A stretch of 63,987 nucleotides of DNA, the filler included, from Circinaria calcarea (Eukaryota), in NCBI GenBank assembly GCA_051942165.1. It is 36 parts of 36 records of this genome, joined end to end, with 100 filler letters (N's around TTAATTAATTAA, not from the genome) between each part and the next. Parts side by side here need not be neighbours in the genome. Positions count along the whole stretch, not along the records: positions 35,689 to 37,366 come from JAVECS010004359.1; positions 37,467 to 39,144 come from JAVECS010004360.1; positions 39,245 to 40,922 come from JAVECS010004361.1; positions 41,023 to 42,699 come from JAVECS010004362.1; positions 42,800 to 44,476 come from JAVECS010004363.1; positions 44,577 to 46,251 come from JAVECS010004364.1; positions 46,352 to 48,026 come from JAVECS010004365.1; positions 48,127 to 49,801 come from JAVECS010004366.1; 28 more parts are not named here. One strand, written 5' to 3'. Both the position numbers and the translations under genes were made by a program. Shown here in pieces: positions 37,087 through 49,101 of this stretch. The notes below the pieces were generated by a model, which saw only the letters and a list, made by a program, of their open reading frames with translations, did no database searches and was not told where the DNA came from. Numbering within the stretch: position 1 is the stretch's first letter; each line of letters begins with the position of its first letter.

Positions 37087-39244
37087 GATTACATCTACGC
37101 GAAACAGTATGAGAATACCGGAGGATGAAAATCAAGCAAACATATACACATGCTACGAGTTAGAATCTTCACCCTAAGGTAGTCCGCTAATATAAATCCT
37201 ATATGAATCTTCTCGGAACAATTTGCAAAATCCATAATCCTCGAGTAGAAATGAAAATTTTTAACCATCTTGTGCCCCAGTTCCCACCTCCTCCTATTCT
37301 AATCAAAGGCCTCGAACGGCCCCTTCGTATAGCCCGCTGCACTACTGCGCAGCTTCCCCCCACCCCNNNNNNNNNNNNNNNNNNNNNNNNNNNNNNNNNN
37401 NNNNNNNNNNTTAATTAATTAANNNNNNNNNNNNNNNNNNNNNNNNNNNNNNNNNNNNNNNNNNNNGAGACTCCCATCTTTTGGTTTCCATGTTCCACAA
37501 CGCGCCAGGTAAATAGAGCATAGAGCGGCGGCAGAATCACGGAGTTCCATAGAGGAAAAGGTCCGACTATTCTAGGCTACGCGAGCCCCAGTTTAAATAG
37601 GGACACCCTCAAACTCCATAGAAACCGTGCGGCCTTGAATAACATCTTGACAGCTTGAGTGTTCCATAATTGGTTTTCCCAGAACCCAATTCATATGTAT
37701 AACCAAAGCCATCACCTACCCTTGCTCTCACTGACCTTGCTGTAGGTAAAAGGCCGCTGCTGGCATTCAGGGTTGGTTAGGAGAAGCTGTACAGCCTTAC
37801 TTCAACCAATCACCATGCGGCCCTCAATGTATTATATGTAGCCACTCATCTTTGAACAGAGGAATATGGTTTTTTGCAAGAAGAGGATTATCCCCGCAGA
37901 TGCAGGAACTAGACAGAGTACAGATTTAATGTACTATTCCAAGTACTGGCAAGGATAGAGACACACTCATCCTTAACCGACATGAAGAGGCATAAGGAAA
38001 TCATAACACTTGATTGAAGACTGGAATCCCTATAGCTATCATCGTCCTTCTGTCAAAGAGTTAGGGACTGGTAGTTCGGGATAGGCTGGAGATATCTATT
38101 ATCGCACCACTCAACTCCGACCCTTTCCCGTCCATTACTTGCCTGTAACATTTGGGCATTCATACTTTTATAGGAGCATCATCAATCACAGTATGCTATA
38201 AATCTAGTCAACACTAAAGCCTTCGAATGAATGTCGTTATTCCACGAGGCGCAGCAAGCGCCAGCCGCGGCGGCTTCCGGGCTCCGATACTACACAATCT
38301 TCACACTTCCTTCATCTGACGAAAATATCATTCTGCAAATGGAAAGATCAGGTTGGCATTCCACGAGCGTCATCAAATTGAGCTGCTACAAATGGCTAGT
38401 TGAGGTCTTGACGAGCACTGAACAAAGCACCTACCATTCAAACTCTCTAGCAGGTGCATTGACTAGTTCTAGGAATGCTGTGGCTTGCTTACTTTGCAGC
38501 TTGACAGCTATTGATGTTTTGCTACGACTTAGGATCAATCTTCGATAGATATTAGATAGTAGAACCTTCCACGATTTCCACAAATTGGGAGAATAAACGA
38601 CTCATATTTAAAGCCTATTATGAAGCAAACCTAGTTAGTCGCTGCATGACGGCCATAATCATCACGCGGTTTCATCATGCCAAATTTTACCTTTGTGTTG
38701 AGGATATGCATTCTAGGTCATGGCCCCGTATTCGTAAACCTTTTCAGCAATCCCATTTTTCACGCTGGGTTTGTTTGCTATATATCAATCCATCCTCATC
38801 AGCTACGCACTTTGTTGCATCTCTAGCCTCTTGGCTCTTGGTTGGTTGACTCTTGACTCATCGCTTGTCCATCAAGCATTCCGAGAGCTTCGAAGACTCG
38901 TTTGCTATGCAGTCTCGCAATTTCCGTTCGGTTCCGGTCCATTCGACGGATTCTTGCACGGATTCTTGCATCTCGACTCCCAAATCCCGAAGAACCCGTT
39001 GGGATAGTGATGCATTTCGCCTTACGGAGTACTGGCCGTGGCATTTGAGCCTCTGCTTCCCGTCCGACCGATCGCGAGATATTCGAGGGTCGTCGATCGG
39101 AACAGATTCAATGTCTTCTCTCTAACGATTTCATGTCCCAACGCNNNNNNNNNNNNNNNNNNNNNNNNNNNNNNNNNNNNNNNNNNNNTTAATTAATTAA
39201 NNNNNNNNNNNNNNNNNNNNNNNNNNNNNNNNNNNNNNNNNNNN

Positions 39245-39803
39245 ATTGAGATTGTATATAGATATCTAGATCATGAAGACCTGTTACGTCTGGAGCACCA
39301 TCACTCAGGACCAAATCAACCGGTTGACTGACTGAGGTATCTACAGAATCAGGATCATATGTTTCCGGATCCAGAGCTTGTAAAATCCTTGGAATCGTAG
39401 ACGGGTGTGTGATGTCTCCCTTCAGTGTTGTGATTCCTTCCAGTGAAGACATTGGCTGCAGGTCCACCGCAACAATCTTCACGCCCTGTCTGGGCTTAAG
39501 CTGCTCCTTTTCCTCCCCCTCTTCTCCTTCTTGGACTCCACCACCGGCAATGATCTTCTGTTCCCTTTTGTACTTTTCCTCCCAGGCTCTTCTCCCAAAG
39601 CTCTCGCCCTTAATCAAGACCCTCGAGAGAACTTGACTCCAACTTCCAGGGGCCGCGCAGAGATCTACAACGCGGGTCACGCCGTCGAATAGATCGAATT
39701 GCTCGTCGAGTTGTATGAGCTTGAATGCTGAGCGCGCACGCCAGCCTTGCTCTTTTGCGAGACGGTAGTATGCATCGCGTTTGTCTTTGGAAGATTTTCC
39801 CAT
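39245..39803 (-). CDS. TRM7: tRNA (C32/G34-2'-O)-methyltransferase, 3'-truncated
   Basis: [56 protein letters not shown]. Confidence 0.97.
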
Positions 39804-40001
39804 GTTGAACTTGTCGGGGCCCCCCTTATTAGACTGATGGCGCCCATGATCCGGTAGTTGGGACAAATTTGAGATGGTGGGATAAAGTCTTGGCCCGCTC
39901 AGCCCTATGTGTCAAACCGAACTATTTTCTGTTGCTTTGCAGAAGGGCAGCGGTAGTAGATGCTCTTCCAGGAAAGCCTCTCAAGCGTTAAGGAACTTAC
40001 C

Positions 40002-40922
40002 ATGGCTCCTTTAAAAGGCAAGCGACCGAGATCTGATCTCATAGAAACACCGCGCAAAAGACAGAAAGCTGATGCAGCAAATTCGAAGAAGAAATCGGGT
40101 TCAATTACAGAAGCAGTTTTCCCGGATCAATTAGCCTGGAAAGAAGTTGCTATTCCCGACAGATTTGACGATGCCGAGGGTTTCTTTGGGCTTGAGGAGA
40201 TTGACGATGTGGACATTGTAAGGGATGGAGGGAACGGGAAAGTCCAGTATAGGGTAGGTAAGGAGATATATCCAATCTTCTTTTGTTAATTAAACAGCTA
40301 ATACTATTAGCTGAAAATTGGAGCTTCCGAGCCTAAGATCTTCTTAGAACCTAATCTGGTCTCGAAGACTGATGTTCAGACGGCCACTGTCAATGATGAT
40401 ATTGAGGAGGCTCCGGAATGGGAGGGGTTTAACGGAACACAAGATTCAGAACCTATAACGTCGGACACCTCAAAAATTCTGACTAGAAAACCCATGGCTG
40501 ACCGAGAGGCCAAGAGGTCTGCTAAGAAGACAAAAGGAAAAGGAAGCAAGGATTCTCAGAGACTTTATAAGGCTGCTGGTGCTGGCAAACAGCCAGACGA
40601 GAACGCTTTTGGGGTCCTGGAAAAATCTGATGACGATAATGATACAGATGGTAGGTACTAAAGGTGGGTTTTTCGGAGGAATCCATACTGATAAGTACAG
40701 TATCGGCATGGCAGGCTTTGAATTTGTCTCCGGTGACTCTTAGTTCTCTGGCTAAACTGAAGTACTCACTACCAACGCCAATACAACGTGCTACCATACC
40801 GGAAATCCTCCGCGGACATGATGTGATTGGTAAGGCATCAACAGGTTCAGGCAAGACACTTGCATTTGGTATCCCCATATTGGAGCACTACGTTTCCAAA
40901 CGCTCGGAAGAAGAACTTGATG
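40002..40922 (+). CDS. MAK5: ATP-dependent DEAD-box RNA helicase Mak5 (DDX24), 3'-truncated
   Basis: [28 protein letters not shown] motif PTPIQ; motif [18 protein letters not shown]; introns about 40254-40310 and 40650-40701. Confidence 0.88.
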
Positions 40923-41024
40923 NNNNNNNNNNNNNNNNNNNNNNNNNNNNNNNNNNNNNNNNNNNNTTAATTAATTAANNNNNNNNNNNNNNNNNNNNNN
41001 NNNNNNNNNNNNNNNNNNNNNNGG

Positions 41025-41630
41025 TGCGGCAATCTCGCTCACAGCCCCGCGACCTACGGAGCCGATTTCAACGCCCAAGGCGGTGGAATCTATGCGACCG
41101 AATGGACTAGCGCGGCCATCAAGATCTGGTTTTGGGCCAACGGCACCGGACCCAGCGACATCCTCGGCGGTAGTCCTGATCCCAGCACCTGGGGTCGACC
41201 GCTCGCCCTCTTCCACGGCGGCTGTGACATCGATACCTTCTTCAGAGACCACAAGATCGTCTTCGACACGACGTTTTGTGGTCTCTGGGCGGGTCAAGTG
41301 TGGAGTACATCACCGTGCGCATCCAAGGCGAGTTCCTGCGAGGCTTACGTGCGGGACAACCCCAGTGCGTTCAAGGACGCCTACTGGACGGTCAACTCGC
41401 TGCAGGTCTATCAGGACGACGGAATCAGCGTTTCGTCGGCGCCGGCGAAGGAGTCCCAGATCAGCAGCGAGACCGTAGAAGCGCCTGCGGCAACGGTGGT
41501 GGTTTACCCCGTCACAACACTGGTGTCGACTTCTACCATAAGTATGGCGGGAGCGGCGATGACAACGGCGGACTTCATAAAGCACTGCAATCCCACCGGC
41601 TCGCGTTCAGCGGGGGGGTTGTGTATGTGA
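41025..41630 (+). CDS. GH16 endo-1,3(4)-beta-glucanase (Lam16A/Mlg1-like), C-terminal part
   Basis: YGADFNAQGGGIYATEWT, PDPSTWGRP, IVFDTTFCGLWAG, NPSAFKDAYWTVNSLQVYQ in one frame. Confidence 0.92.
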   Translation, partial: CGNLAHSPATYGADFNAQGGGIYATEWTSAAIKIWFWANGTGPSDILGGSPDPSTWGRPLALFHGGCDIDTFFRDHKIVFDTTFCGLWAGQVWSTSPCASKASSCEAYVRDNPSAFKDAYWTVNSLQVYQDDGISVSSAPAKESQISSETVEAPAATVVVYPVTTLVSTSTISMAGAAMTTADFIKHCNPTGSRSAGGLCM

Positions 41631-42407
41631 ACGTGGGGAGATGCAAGAGGAAAAAGCTTGCAATGAGACAGATAGAATGGTGTGAACAGATATATATAAG
41701 GGTTTTTCATTTGGGATATGTACCGCCGCTGCATAGCTTGCAATGTTTTCTTCCTCTGATCAAATAGCAAAAAAGCGATTATACAAACCACTTAAAATAA
41801 AGAAATCATTTGGAGTAGAGACTCCACATACCCATGCTCGATGCCACGCCTGCGACCTCAGCCTACGTAGCCACCCTCGCGATCTACCTTCGATGTATGT
41901 TAAGGTATTGCGAGTTGAAAGGCTGAGTGAGCTTTGGACTACCGTGGTGGTTTCAGAGATTGGAAGGTGACTGAAGTAGGCTAACGATTAAGGTATAAAA
42001 AAGGTGCTGGCCGCAGGTCTGTAACTCGTAGTTCGATAAGTAGTTAACCGCCTTCGTCACAAATACCAGTAAATCTAGTGGCACAAGAACACCTTATGGG
42101 AAAATACAAAGGGGAAGGTAAATGACGAAGGCTCGAGCTGAGAATGCCGGTGGAAGCGGAAAGAATTTCTCCCGACGCCGACGCTAGAGGGAAAGTTTAT
42201 CCGCCGAGTACTTCCAAAGCTGGTCTGGAGAAACTTGATAGGTGATTCTATCTACCGCAAAGACGTCTTGAAAGACCAACTACCCCACGCGATTGACCAA
42301 GAAAACGTAAACACACCTAAACAAATAACCCCACATTTTCCCCTTAAACTTCTCCCTTCCCATTCGCCCATCCCTTCTCCATCAAGTAAACCCTCCTTCA
42401 AATACCC

Positions 42408-42692
42408 TTAGACCTCAGCCTCCGCCCCCCAAATGACCTTCATCCCCGGCTCTCTCACCATCCCTCTGAGGAACCACTCCCCTCGGCCCCCATGTTCCTC
42501 CAGCGGAATCCGCACCGTCTTCCCCGCCACGTCGACGAACCCGAAGCGCCTGTACAGCGCGTAGCCAGTGGGTTCTGCGTTCAGACACGCGGGCAAGCGG
42601 TCCCGCTCCGCTTTCTCAATGCCCCATTGCAGCAGCAGGGAGGCGGCACCCCGGCGCTCGGCGGTCGGGTGCGTGCTGATGGTGTCGAGACC
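42408..42692 (-). CDS. GNAT-family N-acetyltransferase, last exon
   Basis: LDTISTHPTAERRGAASLLLQWG (motif A) and GYALYRRFGF (motif B). Confidence 0.85.
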   Translation of the reverse strand, partial: GLDTISTHPTAERRGAASLLLQWGIEKAERDRLPACLNAEPTGYALYRRFGFVDVAGKTVRIPLEEHGGRGEWFLRGMVREPGMKVIWGAEAEV

Positions 42693-43103
42693 TAAACGAN
42701 NNNNNNNNNNNNNNNNNNNNNNNNNNNNNNNNNNNNNNNNNNNTTAATTAATTAANNNNNNNNNNNNNNNNNNNNNNNNNNNNNNNNNNNNNNNNNNNNT
42801 GAGGAGTTTGAGGGTGGGGCGGGGAGTCTGGGAGATAGGTGATTGAGAAGGGAGATGTACATTGTACTCTGAGGAATCAATCCTCCAGTTCCGACCACTT
42901 TCATCTGAAAGAATAACCCGTGTGAATTCACAATTCCGAACCTCCCTTTCTTTCAGCCCTACAAGACTAACCCTGGGTTCTATACCAAAGTAAAGTGCTC
43001 TCCACTTCATGCCAGAAGGGCCTCGCATCAGCATCAGCATCAGCATCAGCTAGGTGGTCCAGCTATTGTCACTGTATCCCAGCTTTAGGCTTTAGGCTTT
43101 GGC

Positions 43104-43326
43104 CAGGGCCGCCAGTAGTCTAGACAGTCCAGTTTAACAGTCCAAAACATATGTGGGAAATTGCAGGCAAATAAGGCGTTGACTGGGAAACATATACGCA
43201 CGTGCTAATTTCTGCTACGTGCATATATGTTTCCCAGTTAACGCCCTACTTGCCTGCAATTTCTACACATGTTTCGGACTGTTAAGCTGGACTGTTAGTC
43301 CATAGTTTGGACTACTGGTGGCGTTG
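43104..43326. mobile_element. 223-bp hAT-type foldback MITE with 8-bp TSD GCTTTGGC
   Basis: GCTTTGGC|CAGGGCCGCCAGTAGT...ACTACTGGTGGCGTTG|GCTTTGGC; about 100-bp inverted arms around a short loop near 43205-43215. Confidence 0.85.
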
Positions 43327-44576
43327 GCTTTGGCCATCATGATCATGACTAGAATGGTCCACACTCCCCCGCTGGCTTTTGGCTTAGACCTTTTTTTTAA
43401 CCTTCCATGCAATGAAGTAACGCAAGGAAGAGAATAATGGAGGGAAGTTTAGGAAAGGTTTGGAAAATGTCGAGGCTTATCAAAGGGGGGCCCTGGTTTA
43501 TAGTTTATAGCTTATAGCTTATGGTTTATGGTTTATATGGGTTTACGGATATGGTAGTTGGGTTTTTTCAAACCCGGCGAACATGTTTGAATTATTCCAT
43601 ACAGCCGTAGTATGGTACATTTATTAATGATAACCGATTAACAAAATGAGTATTCTCCGGCGGTTAGTAATATCCCTCAAACTATTGCTCAAGCAGCATG
43701 AACTGGCTAATCCAAATCTTATATTTAAGGAACGCACGGTTCATACTGCTTAAGCAACGGTTTAAAGAGAGAAAATCGCTATTGATTTATAAGATTATTA
43801 ATAACTGCAGACTATCTCCGCTAGCGCGTTTTTCGCTTTCTCACCCTTTGCGGAGATTGTCTAGGAAAGGAAAAGAAAAGAAACCCCAAAATTTAAAAAA
43901 AGCCGCCTACCATTGTGACACCAACAGTGAGCTCGAGTACATAACTGTAGAGTATAGGGTTCCGCCGGCTTGAATACCTAGTGGGCTGTATAAAAAATAA
44001 CACAAACCTCTAATCCCTAAAACCTACTTCATACGTTATAAAAAGTCACCGTGCAATAGAAATACCAACCCTCTGATGTAATTTCCAGCCCCGAGCCGGC
44101 TATCTTATACTCTATACTCTATACTCTATACGCGATTCAGGCGTATAGTAAAAGCTATAAGAGCTGGAGCATATGAATGTTCTTTTTTCTTTTCCAGGCC
44201 TCATAGCCGTGTGTCACCTTATAATAAGCGTTTGAGCGAGAGAGTTGAGACGACACCGTGCGGATTGTTATAAATATAAACAGCGAATCAAGCAGAGTGT
44301 AGGAGAATCACAACACACCCGCTGGCTGGGCGGTAAGAAAGCTTTCGTAGGGATTCAGCATATCATAGCTACTCGGTGCGTGATTTGTTTACTGATTTTC
44401 TACTGCCAAAAATTTGAGTGGAATGATTTCTATTTTCCAGCCGGGAACCCCTCGTCTAATACTACAAAAATAGCGTNNNNNNNNNNNNNNNNNNNNNNNN
44501 NNNNNNNNNNNNNNNNNNNNTTAATTAATTAANNNNNNNNNNNNNNNNNNNNNNNNNNNNNNNNNNNNNNNNNNNN

Positions 44577-45551
44577 TAAACTCGAGTCGGAATCAGGGGA
44601 TGGGCTTCGCTCATCAGGTGGTGGGGAGTACTCTGGCATGGGTGCAAAGGTGACCTGCTTCTTCAAGATTGACTTGAGCGGTTTAGGTGACGGTTCCGGT
44701 GCTGGTTTGGGTGCTGATTTGGGTGTTGGTTTGCCTGGCTTGGGTACTGGTGTGGTGACCGGTTTGGGTCCTGAGTCAGGCGCGTCTGTCGGTTTACTGG
44801 AGTCCTCTTCACCGTCACGCTGCGCTTTGGGAGCCTGACCTTTACCTTTGGTCTTCTTACTGGTTGCTCTCGACTCTTGATTAGGCTCCTTCGCCTTGGA
44901 TTTATTCGAGCTTGCTTCTGGAGGACTTGGAGCTTCTGGTGGACTTGGAGCTTCTGGAGGACCTGGAACCTCTGGAGGACTTGGAGCTGCTGGTTCCGCG
45001 GTTTTGGCCCTTTCTTGTTCGACCCATTTCCAGTCAGTCTGTGTGGAAGCATCTGCATGTTCCGGCGGCACAACGTTATTGCTCGTGCCCTCGGGGGGTG
45101 GTGTAGTACCGTTGTTACCAGTGCTAGGTGTGGTACCGTCGCCGCCAGTGCTAGGAGTTACTACTGCATCCACCACTTGGGGTTGTTGGCTCTCTGGAGC
45201 ACTACTTGGCCCTTCCCGTTTAGCTGAGTCTTCGCAGAGATGAGAAGTCGATTGTCTGATGAAAGCATTGCGTTTTCTAGGTCTAGATTTTCTAGGTCTA
45301 GGAGGTACTTGGACAACCAGATAAAAGAGATCCTCCCATGGCATGGCGTTAAGGCGAGCCTGCAACACCAATTCCGCACATCCCTTTCCTCCAACAGATA
45401 GATCAACAAGAACGGTCTGACAACAGATAAGGAATATTATACAGGTGACAAACTCCGAGTGGTATGTTACATGATTGAAGATGGATTGGAGTTGAAAGGT
45501 AGTGGGGGAAAAGAGTTTAAAGACATGGCTTCCCCTTAGCTCCCACGTCAT
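44577..45551 (-). CDS. Hypothetical Pro/Ser/Thr-rich disordered protein with APSPPE repeats, 3'-truncated
   Basis: Long ORF with 18-nt tandem repeats and a LKSILKKQVTF motif; start uncertain (45551 or the later MPWED). Confidence 0.5.
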
Positions 45552-46351
45552 GTGACGTTTTCTCTGATATCAGTCTTGGCTGCATATAGATTCCCTTGAG
45601 CCCCATGAGCTCAAAAAGCTCTCAGTTAAATTTCTGAACATCGCGGTGGTGATCAGAACTTGGTTCTGATACCCGAAAAAGGGCTTTAGTCATGTAGAAA
45701 AAGCGGAGGTTGAAACAGCGGTAAACGGAAGATATTCCACATTACCCAAGCAGCAGTTTTAAGCAAACTGGGTGGACCTTTCCGTACATATTGCCCTCCA
45801 CGAATATTTCTTGTATAAGCAAATCCTTCTGATTCCATGCAGAACGTTTGACTTTTAGGAACGGTGGACTCTTCTCGTGAATTCTTTCTCGGACGGGAGA
45901 ACCAAACTTAACTTCTCCCTATGCTACTCTTCTTGTAATACCCCCTCATCCTCGGCCATTACAGGCTAATTCGACCAATTTAACAGCACAAGGTAGTCAC
46001 CGACCCATTCGGGCCCAGGAAGCATCCTTCTCTCTTGGCAGTGAGACGCATACCACAGTCATCCAGCTCCATCCGACTTCTTGCTCCCCCAAGGAATTCT
46101 TGTCCATATACTTCGGAAGCCACCCTTGAATAGATGCGATACCATGGACTTCACCCTCTAGATCAGCCCCCGTAAGCGCCAACCCTTCCCAATCTCTTCC
46201 CTAGCAGAAACTCATAACCTAGCCCTATCCCTCCTCTTCTCACTCTCCCACNNNNNNNNNNNNNNNNNNNNNNNNNNNNNNNNNNNNNNNNNNNNTTAAT
46301 TAATTAANNNNNNNNNNNNNNNNNNNNNNNNNNNNNNNNNNNNNNNNNNNN

Positions 46352-47034
46352 GGTTATTATGAGGCTCGAGATCAGATTGAGACCGCGAAGATCTGGGCCA
46401 AGAAGGAGTACGTAGACGAGAGCAGACTTGCGATTTGGGGATGGAGTTATGGAGGGTTCATGACTCTGAAGGTCCTCGAGCAGGATGGTGGCAAGACATT
46501 TCGGTACGGTATGGCGGTTGCGCCCGTGACAGACTGGAGAACCTATGGTGAGACCACCCCCGCAACAGTACGAAATATAGGACAGCCAACTGACTCGTTG
46601 CAAGACTCCGTCTATACCGAACGTTACATGCATACTCCGCAGCATAACCCCGAGGGGTACGAGAACGCAACGATCAGCAATATGAAGGCTCTCCAGAGCA
46701 ACGTGCGGTTCTTGATGATGCACGGGGTGGCAGATGACAACGTGCACATGCAAAACTCCCTCTTGCTGCTTGACAAGTTGGATCTGGCGGGAGTGGAGAA
46801 TTACGATTTCCACGCGTTCCCAGACTCGGACCACAGCATTTATTTCCACAACGCCAACAAGATGGTTTACGATCGTAAGTGGTCCATGTCTGCTGTAGGG
46901 ATTGCAGAGCATACCTAACCGTTTACTTTGTAGGGCTTAGTAGCTGGCTGGTCAACGCCTTCAACGGGGTATGGCTGCGCACAGGCAAAGCCGTTCCGAT
47001 AATCAGTACAGATATCTCTGTGAGGAAGAGATGA
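46352..47034 (+). CDS. DAP2: Dipeptidyl aminopeptidase B (S9B), C-terminal catalytic part
   Basis: Catalytic triad motifs [23 protein letters not shown]; introns about 46547-46603 and 46875-46932. Confidence 0.92.
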
Positions 47035-47427
47035 TGATGCGATCCTTTGGGTTCTGGGTTTTGGCGTTTGTAAGATACCATGGGCATTGCGAAGTCTGGG
47101 TCTGAGAGCCGGATTGTTTTCTCGGGGTTTGGCATTGCATATACCACGACGTCTGTGGGGAGTCTCATATTCCTGTGTAATATTCCATAGCTCGAGAGTT
47201 CAAAAAGCCATTGCTGTCAAACTCTCTCCGCGACGCGCGACGGTTGATAATAAATACGGGAGCTCAATGCGCAATGACGAATGCCTCCGTCTGTGACATC
47301 AGCGATAGATCCGATAAGAATTAGCGGAGTGGACCAAGCTTCCTCTCGAATTGCTCATTGTGGGTAATGCCCAAATCGAACACCAGCTTTCTGTCATACG
47401 AAACTTTACTGTATCGCAGTAAAGACC

Positions 47428-48026
47428 ATGTCGAGTGAACCAATGCTGTCCAAAGCCACCAAAGATGCCCTCGCCAAAGTGCGCTACATGGTACCGCCCA
47501 TGCTGGAGAAGTTCCACAAAGGTAGACCGCAGCCTTATATCCTGCCTGCAAAGACGACGTGCTTACACTTTGAACACAGGTCAATTGGGTAGGGTGGGAG
47601 TGATTGGAGGGAGTCAGGAGTAAGTGGATTGAGAAATACCTGTTCCTGGAGATAGGTTTTTGCACGGGCGGGAGGGCACTGATAAAGGGAATGAGAGTAG
47701 TTATACCGGGGCGCCTTATTTCTCGGCCATGGCTTCTGCGCGATTAGGTACGAGCTCCTCTGAGGAATTCCAGAGATGATCGGATTCTAACCAATAATGT
47801 GCAGGCGCGGACATGGTACTCCAACTCCCCAATGAAGCCCTAAATACTCGGTTAACTATTCCCCCTTAGAGCCACGTTATCTGCGAACCCGAAGCCGCCC
47901 AAGTACGTACCCCGCCCCATTCCATCCTCCTCGACCGCCTCCACTAACGCCCCTTCCCCTTTCCCAACCTAGGTCATCAAAGCCTACTCTCCCAACCTTA
48001 TGGTCCACCCCCTCATGCGCCAATCC
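47428..48026 (+). CDS. NNR2: ATP-dependent (S)-NAD(P)H-hydrate dehydratase, 3'-truncated, five introns (absent from ORF track)
   Basis: Spliced: MVPPMLEKFHK|GQLGRVGVIGGSQ|DYTGAPYFSAMASARL|GADM|SHVICEPEAAQ|VIKAYSPNLMVHP. Confidence 0.92.
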
Positions 48027-48126
48027 NNNNNNNNNNNNNNNNNNNNNNNNNNNNNNNNNNNNNNNNNNNNTTAATTAATTAANNNNNNNNNNNNNNNNNN
48101 NNNNNNNNNNNNNNNNNNNNNNNNNN

Positions 48127-49101
48127 GCCGGGACCGTCGAAGCCGTGGGATCCGGTGTGACCCGCTTCAAGCCGGGCGACAAAGTCCTTACCCTCTTCAA
48201 CCAAGGCCATCTCGCAGGCCCAATGACGGCTGAGGCAGTCGGGACAGGTTTAGGTGCAGCAATCAACGGGACGCTCTGTCAGTACGGGGCCTATGATGAG
48301 CAGGGTCTGGTATCGATGCCGGAAACATTGGATTTCAGGCAGGCTAGCACCTTGACCTGTGCTGGAGTGACAGCTTGGAACGCATTATATGGATTGCGCT
48401 CAAACGCTCTGAAGCCCGGAGATACTGTACTAACGCAGGGTACCGGGGGTGTTAGTATCTTTGCATTGCAGGTCCGTATTCACTTCCATTTATCGTCTAT
48501 CTTTCAAATCTCCTCACAGCATCTGAATTGACGACAATTCCCAAGTTTGCCAAAGCTGCCGGGGCACGCGTAATCGCCACAACCAGCAGCGACTCCAAGG
48601 CCGAGACGCTGAAGAAGCTCGGCGCCGATCACGTCATCAACTACAAGACGGACGAAAACTGGGGCGAAACTGCCGCCAAGCTCACTCCGGGCGGAGCCGG
48701 TGTCGAGTTCATTATCGAGGTCGGCGGCCCCAAATCCATGGCCCAATCCTTGCGAGCGATCAAAATCGACGGCCTCATTTCCGTCATTGGGTTTTTGGGA
48801 GGTCAGAGCAAGGATCAGCCGGGGTTTTTGGAGTGTCTGACCAATAGCTGTATTGTCAGGGGCCTTATGGTGGGCAGTCGGCAGTCATTTGAGGAGATGA
48901 ACAGGGCGATTGATGTGAATGGGATCAAGCCGGTGGTGGATGAAAAGGTGTTTAAGCTGGAAGAGGTCAAGGAGGCCTACCAGTACATGGTAAGTCTTGG
49001 AAGGGGCAGGTTTTTGCAGTCCTGGAATCGGTATGCTAACACTAATTTACAAACAGTGGGATCAAAAGCACTTTGGCAAGCTTACCATCAGTATCGACTA
49101 G
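48127..49101 (+). CDS. Zinc-type alcohol dehydrogenase-like MDR oxidoreductase, 5'-truncated
   Basis: AGTVEAVGSGVTRFKPGD, TLTCAGVTAWNAL, LTQGTGGVSIFALQ|FAKAAGA, WDQKHFGKLTI; two introns. Confidence 0.93.
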
